Positions 1 through 11,393 of a DNA stretch of 64,000 bases are shown here, in pieces. Location of the stretch: assembly GCA_976226885.1 (NCBI GenBank), contig OZ320315.1:89404001-89468000 (forward strand). Reading direction: 5' to 3'. Source of the DNA: Iphione sp. A-MEVVRFRX5. Taxonomy: Eukaryota. The position numbers and the translations under genes were made by a program. The number at the start of each line of letters is the position of its first letter. Within the stretch, counting starts at the first letter, position 1. Under the pieces are notes generated by a model that ran no database searches, had not been told where the DNA came from, and was given only the letters and a program-made list of their open reading frames with translations.

Positions 1-300
1 GTTAAACCAGTCAGCTACAGAGCCAAATCCAACATTGATAAGTTTCTTCAGAAGAACTTGGTGATGTATACCGTCAAATGTTTTTTGATAGTCTATAAAA
101 ATTGCACTAACTATCATACTATCATTAATTTCATTGTGGGTATAGGTTAGGACATCATTTAGTGCATCCAAGGTGGATATATATTGATTAGAATCAATAT
201 ATCTTTAATAAATTAATAATCCAATGCTTTACTATTAAGCAAGTTTTCCCCACCAAGAGATGCATGAGTAGTGAATTCGGCAACTAGATATTTCGTCATC
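1..300 (-). pseudogene. Decayed CR1/L2-type LINE reverse transcriptase fragment (runs off the window start)
   Basis: Minus-strand translation STLDALNDVLTYTHNEINDSMIVSAIFIDYQKTFDGIHHQVLLKKL matches RT motifs (STxxA...IFIDxxKAFD..H..LL.KL); stops and frameshifts upstream. Confidence 0.75.
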
Positions 301-1008
301 CGTCCAAAATCTTGAATAATGGAGGTACTCCGGATAACAAGGTTTGACTGTATAGTGGTGAAATACTCATGTTGGCTTTGTAAAGCATAGAGTTTTCTAA
401 GGTCCTTTTTTGTCCAATTTGTCATTGTAGAATTTTCAAGATGTATGTCAGAATGGTAAAGAGAACGGCAACAAATGAAACTTCCTTTAAATGCTGTGGT
501 GTTCGGTTTCGACGAACGCTACCTCCCACTGATACGGACACCAATGACGACAACGCCCACACGGATCGATAATTTTCAGCCGAACTAAGGGAACCATTAT
601 GCGTTACAGAGACAGGCCAAATAGGGTACATGACATGAGAGTTAAAGAGATTAACTAAGATGAACGGCAATGGGCTTAATCATTACCATAAGAGCGGGCG
701 TCATCTGAAGCAATAGGACCTACCGGTAAGACCGATGGCTCTATGGATGGGATAAAGGCCGTTAGCGCAGCGCCGCCTGATGGAGGGAGGTACAAGGAGC
801 ACATCGCGAGCGGAGCGATCTCCGCGTCTGGAACCTCTAATACTTAGTGACGTGGTCGTCGTAGACAAGATGGTGGATAAATCACAGTCGCTCTCTCACC
901 GTTCTGGATCTATCCACGCACACACGAACACACACACAGAGGAGAAGTGACCACCTGAGAGTGAGGGGGAGGAGTGGTTGGTCGGTACCCCAATGGGTGA
1001 GTTGGACT

Positions 1009-1098
1009 GTGGTAGTGGTGGGTGGTGGTGGTGGTGGGTGGTGGTGGTGGTTGGTGGTGTTGGTGGTAATGGGTGGTGGCGGTTGTGGTGGTGGGTGC
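1009..1098. repeat. Imperfect (GGT)n microsatellite
   Basis: Direct reading; explains the poly-W/V/P/T ORFs in the track. Confidence 0.95.
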
Positions 1099-1337
1099 TG
1101 GTAGTAAGGGTCGTCGAGAACCTTGTGACGGCTAACAAACCACACTGTGTGGCCCGGTGGCAGCTATGCAACATTGAGACAGCATCATCTATACATAATC
1201 GTGTCTGACTAGAAGGCGCACCTGCGCCCACGCCTATACTAGCTCGCTCCCAGTAAATACTAGGCCCTATAAATTCGCCAAGGTGTCTCTCTGTCTTACC
1301 AGGCTGTTGTGTCTAACTGAAAGCATGGGGGTCCCCC

Positions 1338-1340
<3 letters not shown>

Positions 1341-1395
<55 letters not shown>
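1341..1395. repeat. (TC)n microsatellite
   Basis: Direct reading. Confidence 0.98.
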
Positions 1396-1399
<4 letters not shown>

Positions 1400-2757
1400 G
1401 TTACACTGATTTCCATGCCTTGAACAGGGGGCATAGTTGATGAGGCGCAACCTGCATTGTGTGTGCATGTTGGTGGCAGCCGTCCTTTAAGTGGAATACA
1501 CACCAAATACGTGCGTCATGTACTTGATGCATTCTCACAGTATGGATACACACCCGGCTACTCCTTGTGTTAATCCTAACTGCTGTGGGAATGTATCATG
1601 TACAGCTGCTTACTCCGTATGTATCCATCACAAACACCATGTGTTGCCATGCGAGTATCTAGGGTGTCCAATATGAGCCAGATTAATAATTGACTATCTG
1701 TCAACTGATATGAAGGTATCGACGTCTACGCTCTTGGCTTCGTAGACTGTATCAGGAAGATGCGGATAACACAGAAAAGGTTGCGTTGCTCCTTTTGCCG
1801 ACTGTGTGGATTCGACACATTTCCTGACCCTTTCTAATTGTCAGAAAACTGTGTAAAGGTAGAAGTTCCACGTGCGGTTTTGAGCTACTGCGTATGTCCT
1901 TATATTCGTAGACCGTATCGATGCAACTTCACACACTGTTACAATCGTGTGGCAACACTGATAATACAGTTCAGTACAAAATAGGTTTTCTTTTCAGCGA
2001 ACTCCTTTTCAAGACCTGTTGGCGTCGATGTTCCTCACTTTGGTCTAATTTCCATATTACAGCGTTTTAACTGTGCCACTCTACTCTGTTTCACCGTTTA
2101 ATCGTGGTTTTGGAGCATACGTCTTAAACAGGGGACGGTCCAAAGTGCCTCAAAAATGGTTATATTGAACGAACATATGTCCCTATTCCCCCCTAACCTT
2201 TGTGTAAACATCTACATGTATACATGTATAGATAGGCGTGAAACACAGACACATAGGAGCATGGAAATCAAGCCATAGCTTTGATTTAGCCTCAGTTTCC
2301 ATGTTTATTTATTCTTTTTCGGGAGAGTCTAGGAAATTGGACACTCACAGAGAGGGTAATGCCATGTGTATGGAGATCTTCATCCTATAGAGACCTCTAT
2401 GTGTGTGTGTAGATTTAAGCATGACCATAGAAATTGTGTGACTTTGGTGGAAATTGAATCATATCTGGGGAATTTTGCATTTTCTTGTGAAATATAGTGA
2501 AATGAAGTATAGCAGTGGAATTTGTATGGTTTCTGTGGAAATTTAAGTACAGTATAGTCTTAATTTCCGACCACATCGATTACTGACCAAACGGGCTATT
2601 ATGACCATTTCTCTTCACAATGGAAATAATTCCTTTACATTTCCTATATGATTGAGTATCGATTACCTACCATATTGATTTCCGACCAAATTCACCCCCA
2701 ACCACTCATCTTAGGGTCGTTTTCTGTATATTTTACTATTGATTTCTGACCAAGCCG

Positions 2758-3060
2758 ACCCTGGAGAGGGTCCGTGTCGACATCTCTGATGTTCTCTCAC
2801 CCTTGAGGGGGTGCCGGGAGAGGGTGGAGGCATCAACGGTGCCCTCTCTTATGTCTCTTACACACTGGAGAGGGTGGTGGGAGAGGTTGAAGGCATCAAC
2901 AGCGACTTTTCTGGTGTCTCTCACACCCCGGAGAGGGTGGTGGGAGAGGTTGGAGGCATCAAAGGCGACCTCTCTGATGTACCTCACACCCTGGAGAGGG
3001 TGGTTGGAGAGGTCGGAGGCATCAAAGGCGACCTCTCTGATGTTCCTCACACCCTGGAGG
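2758..3060. repeat. 60-bp minisatellite, about 5 copies, inside the MITE
   Basis: Unit approx. CACACCCTGGAGAGGGTGGTGGGAGAGGTTGGAGGCATCAAAGGCGACCTCTCTGATGTACCT; produces 20-aa periodic ORFs in three frames. Confidence 0.95.
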
Positions 3061-3091
3061 AGCTGTATCTCACACCTCTTTTAGTCACTTT

Positions 3092-3180
3092 TAGTCATCA
3101 AATTCAGCACTTTTTGGACTTATAGTCATCAAATTCAGCACTTTTTGGACTTAAAGTCATCAAATTCAGCACTTTTTGGA
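3092..3180. repeat. 31-bp tandem repeat, about 3 copies
   Basis: TAGTCATCAAATTCAGCACTTTTTGGACTTA at 3092, 3123 and 3154 (partial). Confidence 0.95.
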
Positions 3181-5112
3181 TGTTTGAGAGAGTATGCATA
3201 TGTAAGTAGAGAGACGGAGAAAGGGATACAAAATTGATTTCTGACCAAACTTGTTATTCCGACTATTTCGGGTCGGTCCTGACCACTGGTCGGAAATTAA
3301 GACTCTACTGTATATTAGTAGAAATTGTGTGGATACTTGAAGTATATCAGCAGAATTTGTGCATTTTTTGTGGAAAGTGAAGCATAATTGTGGAAATTGT
3401 GTGGATATTTGTGGAAATGGAAGCATATCTGTGGAAGTAAGGTAGTTTTTATGTCAATTATATGCAAATTAGGTAGTTTTACATGGTTGGTCTAACATAT
3501 GTTGAACAATGTTCCTCCTTTTTTAAACTCTCATTTCTCTATTCTAATGGTCCATGTCACCCTGTGGAGTCTGGAGAAATTTATGGACAATGCTTGATTT
3601 TTAATTCTATACAGCTCTGAACTCCAGACTCTGTACTGGTGCACAAAGAAAAGCTTTTGAAAAGTAGTTGTTTTTTTATAGATGTTTGGTTCCTGCACCA
3701 CATATTCTGCATCCACCCATATGGATTTAAACTGGGCCTTACTCTTTCCCTTGTTTATGATGAAACTATAAGGGATACAATCCTCATAATCTGCCTTGTA
3801 GCGACCACTATGCAATAATGACATGACTCCAGTTAAAGAGGATCAGATTTATTACTGAAAAGAACAGGTAAGTGTATCTGCACAACTGCCAAGCTTAAGG
3901 CTCCCAGCCGGAGGCCACCCTTACATAGCAAGTGTGAAGCCCCTGAGGTCATGAGCATGCCACACTTCACTGCACAGTGCATCAACATGCTCCCTGCCAT
4001 ACTCTACACCATAGCCCTAACTGTGCCACACTCTGCCATACCCTACAGTATCAATTGTCATATTTGTTTGATGTGGACCTTAGCTGATGATTCCATAATT
4101 TTTTTGATAGTTTGATCATGTGCCTTTCTCTTCCAAAACTACATATTGCAAAGTACTAAACATTGATGAACATGTTCCATTTGTTTTATAACTGGATTTA
4201 ATAGGATTTAACAGATTCTCTAAAAATGTTCTATTCTCTGAGCTTTACCATACACATGTACACTGCATTTGTTTATCACTTTTTGTTGTCACAACTGCAC
4301 AGAATGCAGGACTTTGGAAGTAAAATCCCATATAATATTGCTACTGCCTTTTTGGTCCACACTTCTGATAATTAAATCCAAATGGCATCAGTATGACAGC
4401 AGAAATGATTATGTAAATGTAGCCAGTAATTGTAGCACCAGTTGATGAGAGAATGTAATGTTTTCAAACATGAGCTACATGTATACGGTCAAGGGCAGTG
4501 AAGGTGTTGTGCGTAAGGGCATATTGTATTCCCTTTCATTTCAGCACATCCATTACGCTATATCAAGAAGAGATAGGATGACTTTGGTCTTGTTTCCTTT
4601 AATGAAGTACACAATCTTTTGAGACCTTAATGGAAATACAATTGTACCGTGTATAACTATACAGACTGGGTGGTCCAGGATGAGTTGAACCTTAATGCAT
4701 CTGTGCTGCATTTGTTGAACAAAAACATCTGCGATCGTCCTTATGTCGATATTTGCAGCACCTCTACTAGAGCCCCGCATGAGAGAGAAAAGTATAAATA
4801 TATATATTTCCGTGTAACTATTTCGTCAAATAAGGAGACAGAAAACTGTGGAAACCTGAAACAAAACTGTACACAATGTCTTCATATTGTCTACCATAAA
4901 AAGATGCTTGGTAAGTTTTGCATTTGTCAAGTTATTGTATTCTTGGGTATTTTATATGTAAAAACACTTACCTCTAACAGCAAGTCAGAATACACCATTG
5001 TTTTTCACACCTTGTAGAAATTTCCATGTGCCTGTACATACGTATTCCTTGCTTATCCATGGAGATGTTTTACAGACATCAGGGGAAACACAGGCAGATT
5101 TATACCAATGTA

Positions 5113-5292
5113 CAGTAGAACCTCTGTATTGGACCATCCCAGAATAAGGGCCACCTCATGGATTGGGGCAGATTTTGCCAGAATCAAGTGTTTTGTTATA
5201 TATAGTTTCTTACTCAGAACTGGTGACACACCATATATGGGAACACTTTCACTAGGAGCCGAGGGTGGTCCCTTGAGCAAGGTTTTACTATG
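5113..5292. mobile_element. Degenerate TA-flanked MITE (CAGTARAACC-type ends)
   Basis: TA|CAGTAGAACCTC...GGACCA on the left versus the reverse complement of the right end, TA|CATAGTAAAACCTTG...GGGACCAC. Confidence 0.5.
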
Positions 5293-6156
5293 TATGTATG
5301 TTTTTGATAGCAGATAGCCTTTAAAAGTAAGAATATATATATGTATACATTAATGTACATGCATATGAAAATGAGTAGAACCTGTGTGAATTATTTTATC
5401 GTGAAAATATCTTCGAAAATAAGTAGAATTTGTGTAAAGTGTATGTTGGCACAAAAGTCTTGAAAAAGGAGTAGAACCTGTGAAAATCGCACCTCTGTTA
5501 ATGGAAATATTTACCAGTAAGCTATTACACAATGTCACAGACACACCTTTCCTGATTATCTGTATCTCTCTTTCATGTAAATATACTCCTATGATAAACA
5601 AAGAAATGTGGATCGTGAAAACCGGGATATGTTCCAGTCCCAAACACAGTCCATGTTTTGCCCTTAGAAACACAGGTTCCTGGAAGCTTCCCAGTTGACG
5701 AGCGTAGAAAGGCCAAAACTCAGAAACTTACGGAAAACATTCACAAAATACGGACATATGGAAATTATGCCACCAACTCCTTAGTAGTCCCTTCCTTTGC
5801 AAAAAAATACTGTGGATCAATGATACCAAATGACATAAGAAGAAGGTTTGTTCATCCGTAGAGAATCCCTATTGCAGATCAGTCGAGAGAGAGAAACGTA
5901 ACCTGGCCGGCCCGTGCCTCGAACCATCCCGCTCTCCTGCACAACAAAGCCACGGTTCTCTCATCAAGCACAGGACATACCTACCTGCATCTTTTCACAC
6001 CTGAACCTAATCCCCCACCACCACGCCCGAGCCCTACTGTCCAGTATTCAACTCCATTCGGACACAACGCCGGTGCACCTGTTTCCTCGACAGGGTGTCA
6101 GGTGGCGCTCTCGTCCACCGGATACAGTTATTGTATACCCGAATCACCCCCTCCCC

Positions 6157-6157
<1 letters not shown>

Positions 6158-6189
<32 letters not shown>
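6158..6189. repeat. (CA)n microsatellite
   Basis: Direct reading. Confidence 0.95.
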
Positions 6190-6190
<1 letters not shown>

Positions 6191-6479
6191 GTACCCTTTG
6201 CGGAAGTACATGTATAGCTTGGTGTTGTTGATGTTGAGACCCACGGATGTAAGTACCCTGTGTTCCTTGTGTGATCCCTCCCTCCCTCCCTCCCTCCTTC
6301 CCTTCCTCCCTCCTTCCCTCCCCACTCCTGTGTTCGTACCCTGATTCTATTCAGTACGCGTATTTAGGTCTGTTTCCTGCATATATCATAGATTCATTAC
6401 TCGGAAGAACAATATATGCTCTAGGTATCACATTCAGAAGATCTTACTCCATACATTATATTCGCAAGTACATATGGAC

Positions 6480-6582
6480 ATTGTGTGTTCTAGGAAATAC
6501 ATTGTACAATCAGGATATTTTACTCCCTGTTATTGTGTGTTCTAGGAAATACATTGTATGATCAGGATATATTACTCCCTGT
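6480..6582. repeat. 52-bp tandem duplication
   Basis: ATTGTGTGTTCTAGGAAATACATTGTA... at 6480 and 6532. Confidence 0.9.
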
Positions 6583-6871
6583 ATTTTCCCATTATTTTAG
6601 GGCTGGCTTTTCAGAGTGAAGGAAAGAGACACAAGGTGAGTCAATCCTAAAGGCACATGTACATGTACATGAATCCTGAAAACATTCCAGGAAATATCAT
6701 GCAATCAGGCACTTTTCCCTATACGTGCTATTGCGATCCGCTCCTCAAAGAATGCACCATTCTCCAATGCTGATATCCTTTTTCTAGAACCTTTTTTTAT
6801 TTGCCTGATCAGAATACATGTAATTATAATAGCAAAATAATGATGGCATAATGATAATACTAATGATTATG

Positions 6872-7195
6872 CCCACCCACCCCCAAAAATAGGTATGTTT
6901 CTGGTAAGGAACAGCCAAAAACCTAGGTAGGGGGTATCTTTTATCTTTAATTTTTTCCCACTGTTCCTCTGGTTTTCAATAATAATAAAGACAACATGAA
7001 TTTTTACCAATTTTTTGCTGAATTTCCATGGATTTAGTGGTTTTCTACTGAATTTATAAAAAAACATGTGCTGTGAAAACACATATCTAAGGAAACTTAG
7101 CCTTGGAAGCTCTTTGGGGCCAAAATTTTTTAGGTAGGGTGAGGTTTTACTAGGTAGGGGTGGTTGACCAGAAAGACCACTATCTTTTTGCCTTA
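6872..7195. mobile_element. Degenerate non-autonomous inverted-repeat element (GTTTCYGGTAA-type ends)
   Basis: GTTTCTGGTAA near the left end versus TGACCAGAAAG near the right; resembles the ends at 15258 and 51786. Confidence 0.35.
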
Positions 7196-9942
7196 CATCG
7201 ACCTTTATTGGAATTCCTTGTTGCAAATAAATCAAAAAACTAATTTCTTACCACATGTAGATGAATCCAATATGCACCTCCAGTTGGTGAAACAGTTTCA
7301 ATATCGAAATGGGGGATCCCTCTACATTTAGAAGATGCTTGGCAGTGTTTTCAGTAGCAAGGGATACGTTGGGGCCTAACAATCGTCTGCGCTTGTGCAA
7401 GTAAACCGTACGAGACAGGCCGCTCCTTAATATGCACCGCTGACCAGAAACCGTACGTAGCAATTGTTTGAAAATTGAACATGACACGAAGGTGGGGGAT
7501 TTGCTGAACATGATCCATCCCCTACCCTCCTCCAACCGTGTTTTAGTTTCTCCAACCAAAATGTGTTGCGGCGAAACGACACTTGATGTTCAGGGACCAT
7601 ATTTGGAGAATACGTATCTCGAGGCTTGTCTTACAACAAGACGTTGTTAGACACCTCAGGAGAGTAAACTAAGTATTTTAAGTAAGTATTTTTTATCCTT
7701 TGTATCTGCTATGTGAACATGTACAGTCAACTATCACCGACCATCAGCACTTTGTTAGAGCTGGTATAAGCCGGTTTACGTGCAATGGTGGTTATTAAAT
7801 GCGTTCTGTAAAAAATAATATTAAGATTTGTTGCATCTATCATGGTGGGGTATAAAACCCTTCGTCGGTTATCAGGTTGTTGGTTAGTGACTTCCAACTG
7901 TAGAGAGGTCTCTTTCATATGTTCATATATTCTCATATATGCGCAGAGTAACCAGGTATCTGGTCACACCTAGAACCATACAACGTTTGCGCAGTGGCCA
8001 TCTGAGATGTTGCAGTAACACCACTGATCACACCTTAGACAATGAGTCTTCCTACAATGCTTTGAGCTTGGACATCTGAGATGTCGCTGGGACGCCTCTG
8101 CTTGCATTGTTGCACTGGATTTATACAGATATGACACAAAGGCGTGTGGTTGTAGGCTTATTTGGCCGTATTATGGTCTGGCTGCATTGTGGTATTAATA
8201 AATATGGTTTAATAGACATGTAGTGGAGCAATTCTATTCTGAGATCCTTTGGTCGCATTAACGGTTTGGGTTGCTGTACTGTATGGTCGCATCTCGGCAT
8301 TCGACTGCACATGAATCATAACATAACATCATTCACTCGATGTGACAGTTTTCCCTTGTAAATAAGATGTTTTAGGATTTCAAATGACTTAGTGAGCAAC
8401 AGAAGCCACTTGTACAAATGATTTTTGGTAAGTGCTCAGTGCTTTGATTTTTGGTCAGTAGAACTTTGCTTTACAGGAACGTGTTTGTGCCAGAATGCAG
8501 ATGGTACGTACCATCAACGATGAACAGTGAACATCAGGCCTGGGTTTAAGGTTTACCCTCAAGTGAGAAACTCTTCAAAACTATGTACATCTAAAACTCC
8601 CCTTCATACTCGTACACGAGTTCTGCAGGAATAAATGTCGCCGGCTTGAAAAGCCTCTAGTTCTTACTCAAGTCCTGCCATATACACGTATGTCCTATAC
8701 ACAAATGTCCTACACTCCTCTGATCACCCTCCACCCATCAACTCAATGCCCTATCTGCTGAATGCCTGTCACTCTGTCGGGGCTGTGGGATATTAGGATG
8801 ATAATAGTCGGGAGCTGACCCAGTCAGTCACTCTGGCCCGACCCAACATTATTATACAGATCTCCGTTGACCATCGATTATTTAGACGAGCATGTTCGGC
8901 AAGTGATGAGCGTAATCTCCTTAGAGGGCATATTGAAATGTATTACCGGCTGCGGAGTTCTTATCGGAGGCCGCATATCATTTCGTTATCAAATGTTTGT
9001 GGCGCCACAGACGCCTTGTGAGCAGGCTTCGTACTACTTATGTACACGGCCGGCTTGTAAATGTTGAATAACAGAAGGGGATGGGCGGTAATGGGGCACA
9101 TTTCTCAGGCGCACTTAAACGAAATGGAAAGACGGACACAGAAGGAAAAAAATACGGATAGGAGCATTACGGAGTGTAATAATAGAAATCCCCCCTCCCA
9201 AGAAAATAAAAAGTAATTGTTTCCAAACTAACGATCTCCTATGCAATCAGTAAGGGAGCCCCAACTTCTTGCAGCACGAGAAATTGTCCTTAGAGAGTTT
9301 TAATTGGTTTTGCCCTAAGTTACCCGTCTCAACGACGTAGATATGTATCTGATCGTATGCGCGATATGCCGTTTGATGTTCCATCCAGTGGCTGTTTTAC
9401 CTCACGCATGATTCCACGTATCTGATAAACCGCACCTTTTAGAGCGATTGCAACACGTGAAATTTAAATGCGCATGCAGCTCCCAGGGTTATCGTCTCCT
9501 ATATATTGCATTATGTGCACTGTATTACAAAACGGCTAATTCAATGGGAAACTAGAGCATAGGGGCTTCCAATGCAAAGGGCGCCTGCTTTTTATAACGG
9601 GAAGTGTCCTTTCTCGGCATCTGTCATACAGATGGGTTTAACTTATTTCCGTTTCGTCGTCATTTTAATGAGATTAGTACGAGATTCGGATTATTCCAAT
9701 TAAGCCATCCTGAAAGAAGAGGAATTTTCCCTTCAATTGATCAAACTCATCCAGTGTATACAACACACACATGCATGCACACACACATATACACATAGGG
9801 CATCAGTTCTCCGTGGGTAAAAAGGAGAGGCCTGCTAGTCTTTAGCATTGTTAACGAAGTGACATTGGTACATTTCACACCGGGCCGGTGAACTTTGAAT
9901 GGGAAGGTCAAGGAACTGCCCCCCCCCCCACCCCGCAACACA

Positions 9943-10136
9943 CATTACAACAAACAACCGCGTACCAGTGGAGACATTTATTACGAGAACACATAGGTAA
10001 ATAAACATTATCGATCAGTTCATCAACAGGTGTGTATTGTCAAGGTGTGTGTGCGCGGAGTGGCGAGCGTGAGCGGCGAGGGGTGAACATGTTTATCTGA
10101 GGTGTGTGTATGTGTGTGTGTGTCAGTGATTGCGCC
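9943..10136 (-). repeat. E1 repeat B2 (194 bp)
   Basis: Reads identical to 10265-10458; contains AATAAA on the minus strand (9977-9982). Confidence 0.97.
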
Positions 10137-10174
10137 CTACCGCGTAAAGCTTGTTGCTAGTTGGGTGGGTGGGC

Positions 10175-10268
10175 GGTAATCCAAACTGTCCGGCGGTTGA
10201 CCGCGAACTGAGTCACTGTTCGCGGCAGTGTAATGAAACCACGTGACCAACCGTCACGTGGGCCCATT
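10175..10268 (-). repeat. E1 repeat A2 (94 bp)
   Basis: Reads identical to 14691-14784. Confidence 0.97.
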
Positions 10269-10458
10269 ACAACAAACAACCGCGTACCAGTGGAGACATT
10301 TATTACGAGAACACATAGGTAAATAAACATTATCGATCAGTTCATCAACAGGTGTGTATTGTCAAGGTGTGTGTGCGCGGAGTGGCGAGCGTGAGCGGCG
10401 AGGGGTGAACATGTTTATCTGAGGTGTGTGTATGTGTGTGTGTGTCAGTGATTGCGCC
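10265..10458 (-). repeat. E1 repeat B1 (194 bp); shares CATT (10265-10268) with A2
   Basis: Reads identical to 9943-10136. Confidence 0.97.
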
Positions 10459-10470
10459 AAGGCAGTCTGT

Positions 10471-11364
10471 CTATCGTCTTTTAGTAAGATACCTCGCTGC
10501 TGCGCTCGAGCGCCAGTCCCCGCGAGCGACTATCTGCTGCCTCGGGACCCCTTGTGCCTGTGCGTGCCTGGCGCCCCCGTGCCGCAGCCCGTGAAGGGTG
10601 TGGCTATCGGGCGCCAGGCCCGCGGCCCCGACCGCGCGGCGCCAGGCCGGGCGCGCGTAGGACAGCGGAATGGGCGTCTGGGTGCCCTCGAAACACACAT
10701 AGGGCTGCTGGTGACTGGCTGACGGGTTCGCCTCAACCATGTCGTGGTGCGCGCGGAGTGGGCAGAGATCGTCGCCCGTGGCGCGGACCGTGATCTGCCG
10801 GGGGGTAGTGAAGAATTGCCGGGACTTAGACCACACAACGGTGAGGCGTAGCTCGTGCGGCCCGTCGGCGACGTGGGACCTCAGGAGCTGGCGGTACCTG
10901 TCGAAAGTGCTCACGTTCTGGGGGAGCAGGTTAGATTGGCGCAGCAGGGATGCGAACAGGATCAGGACCGCCGCGACCAGCGGGCGGGCCTGCGGGTCAC
11001 GCCTGAGGTGTGGAAGTATCAGGCGCAGCTTCTGTTCGGTGATAGGCAGGCGAGCTGTTGGCGCGGGTCTCGGAGTCATCTTAAGTGCTTGCAGCGCGTT
11101 GCGGACAAGAGGGGACCGCCAGGTGTCGACCGGTCTACCTTTATCCGCGAAGTGCGCCGTAAGGGCGCTGATGGTATTCGCCACACTCGCCGGGGTCGTC
11201 GTGTACGCCCTCTGCTCGATGAACGCGCAGAGGTGCTGGGGATCTGGCCTCCGATAGTCAACCCCGTACTTGGCGGAGAATGAAATGTAGGCGCGCAGGG
11301 CTGATGCCCTGTTCTTGAATGTACCTGGCCTCTTCGCGTGGCGTTGCCGTTCTTCTGCCGCCAC
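10471..11364 (-). CDS. E1 tyrosine recombinase (frame open from 11406; no AUG until about codon 96)
   Basis: Catalytic set SLLRQSN (R), WSKS (K), HGLRHGG (HxxR), RGDWRS (W), ARYL (Y). The track start is GTG. Confidence 0.95.
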   Translation of the reverse strand: MAAEERQRHAKRPGTFKNRASALRAYISFSAKYGVDYRRPDPQHLCAFIEQRAYTTTPASVANTISALTAHFADKGRPVDTWRSPLVRNALQALKMTPRPAPTARLPITEQKLRLILPHLRRDPQARPLVAAVLILFASLLRQSNLLPQNVSTFDRYRQLLRSHVADGPHELRLTVVWSKSRQFFTTPRQITVRATGDDLCPLRAHHDMVEANPSASHQQPYVCFEGTQTPIPLSYARPAWRRAVGAAGLAPDSHTLHGLRHGGARHAQAQGVPRQQIVARGDWRSSAAARYLTKRR

Positions 11365-11393
11365 CAGGAGGTCATTGTAGGCCGGGTCTGAAA

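Larger units (their letters stand above)
2550..3310. mobile_element. Tc1/mariner-pogo-type MITE with 24-bp TIRs and TA target duplication
   Basis: CAGTATAGTCTTAATTTCCGACCA (2550-2573) is the reverse complement of 3287-3310 with 1 mismatch; TA at 2548-49 and 3311-12; splits a degenerate GTGGAAAT-rich repeat tract. Confidence 0.8.

Noticed and set aside
2736-3125. 20-aa repeat proteins in three frames
   Set aside because: Produced by the 60-bp minisatellite inside a MITE; substitutions show no favoured frame.
4560-4770. Ulp1-protease-like DWVVQDELNLNASVLHLL segment
   Set aside because: Only a weak resemblance, in-frame stops nearby, and no catalytic H/D/C context.
7950-8870. Possible further LINE 3' relics on both strands
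   Set aside because: Only scattered motif-like words; too degraded to support boundaries.
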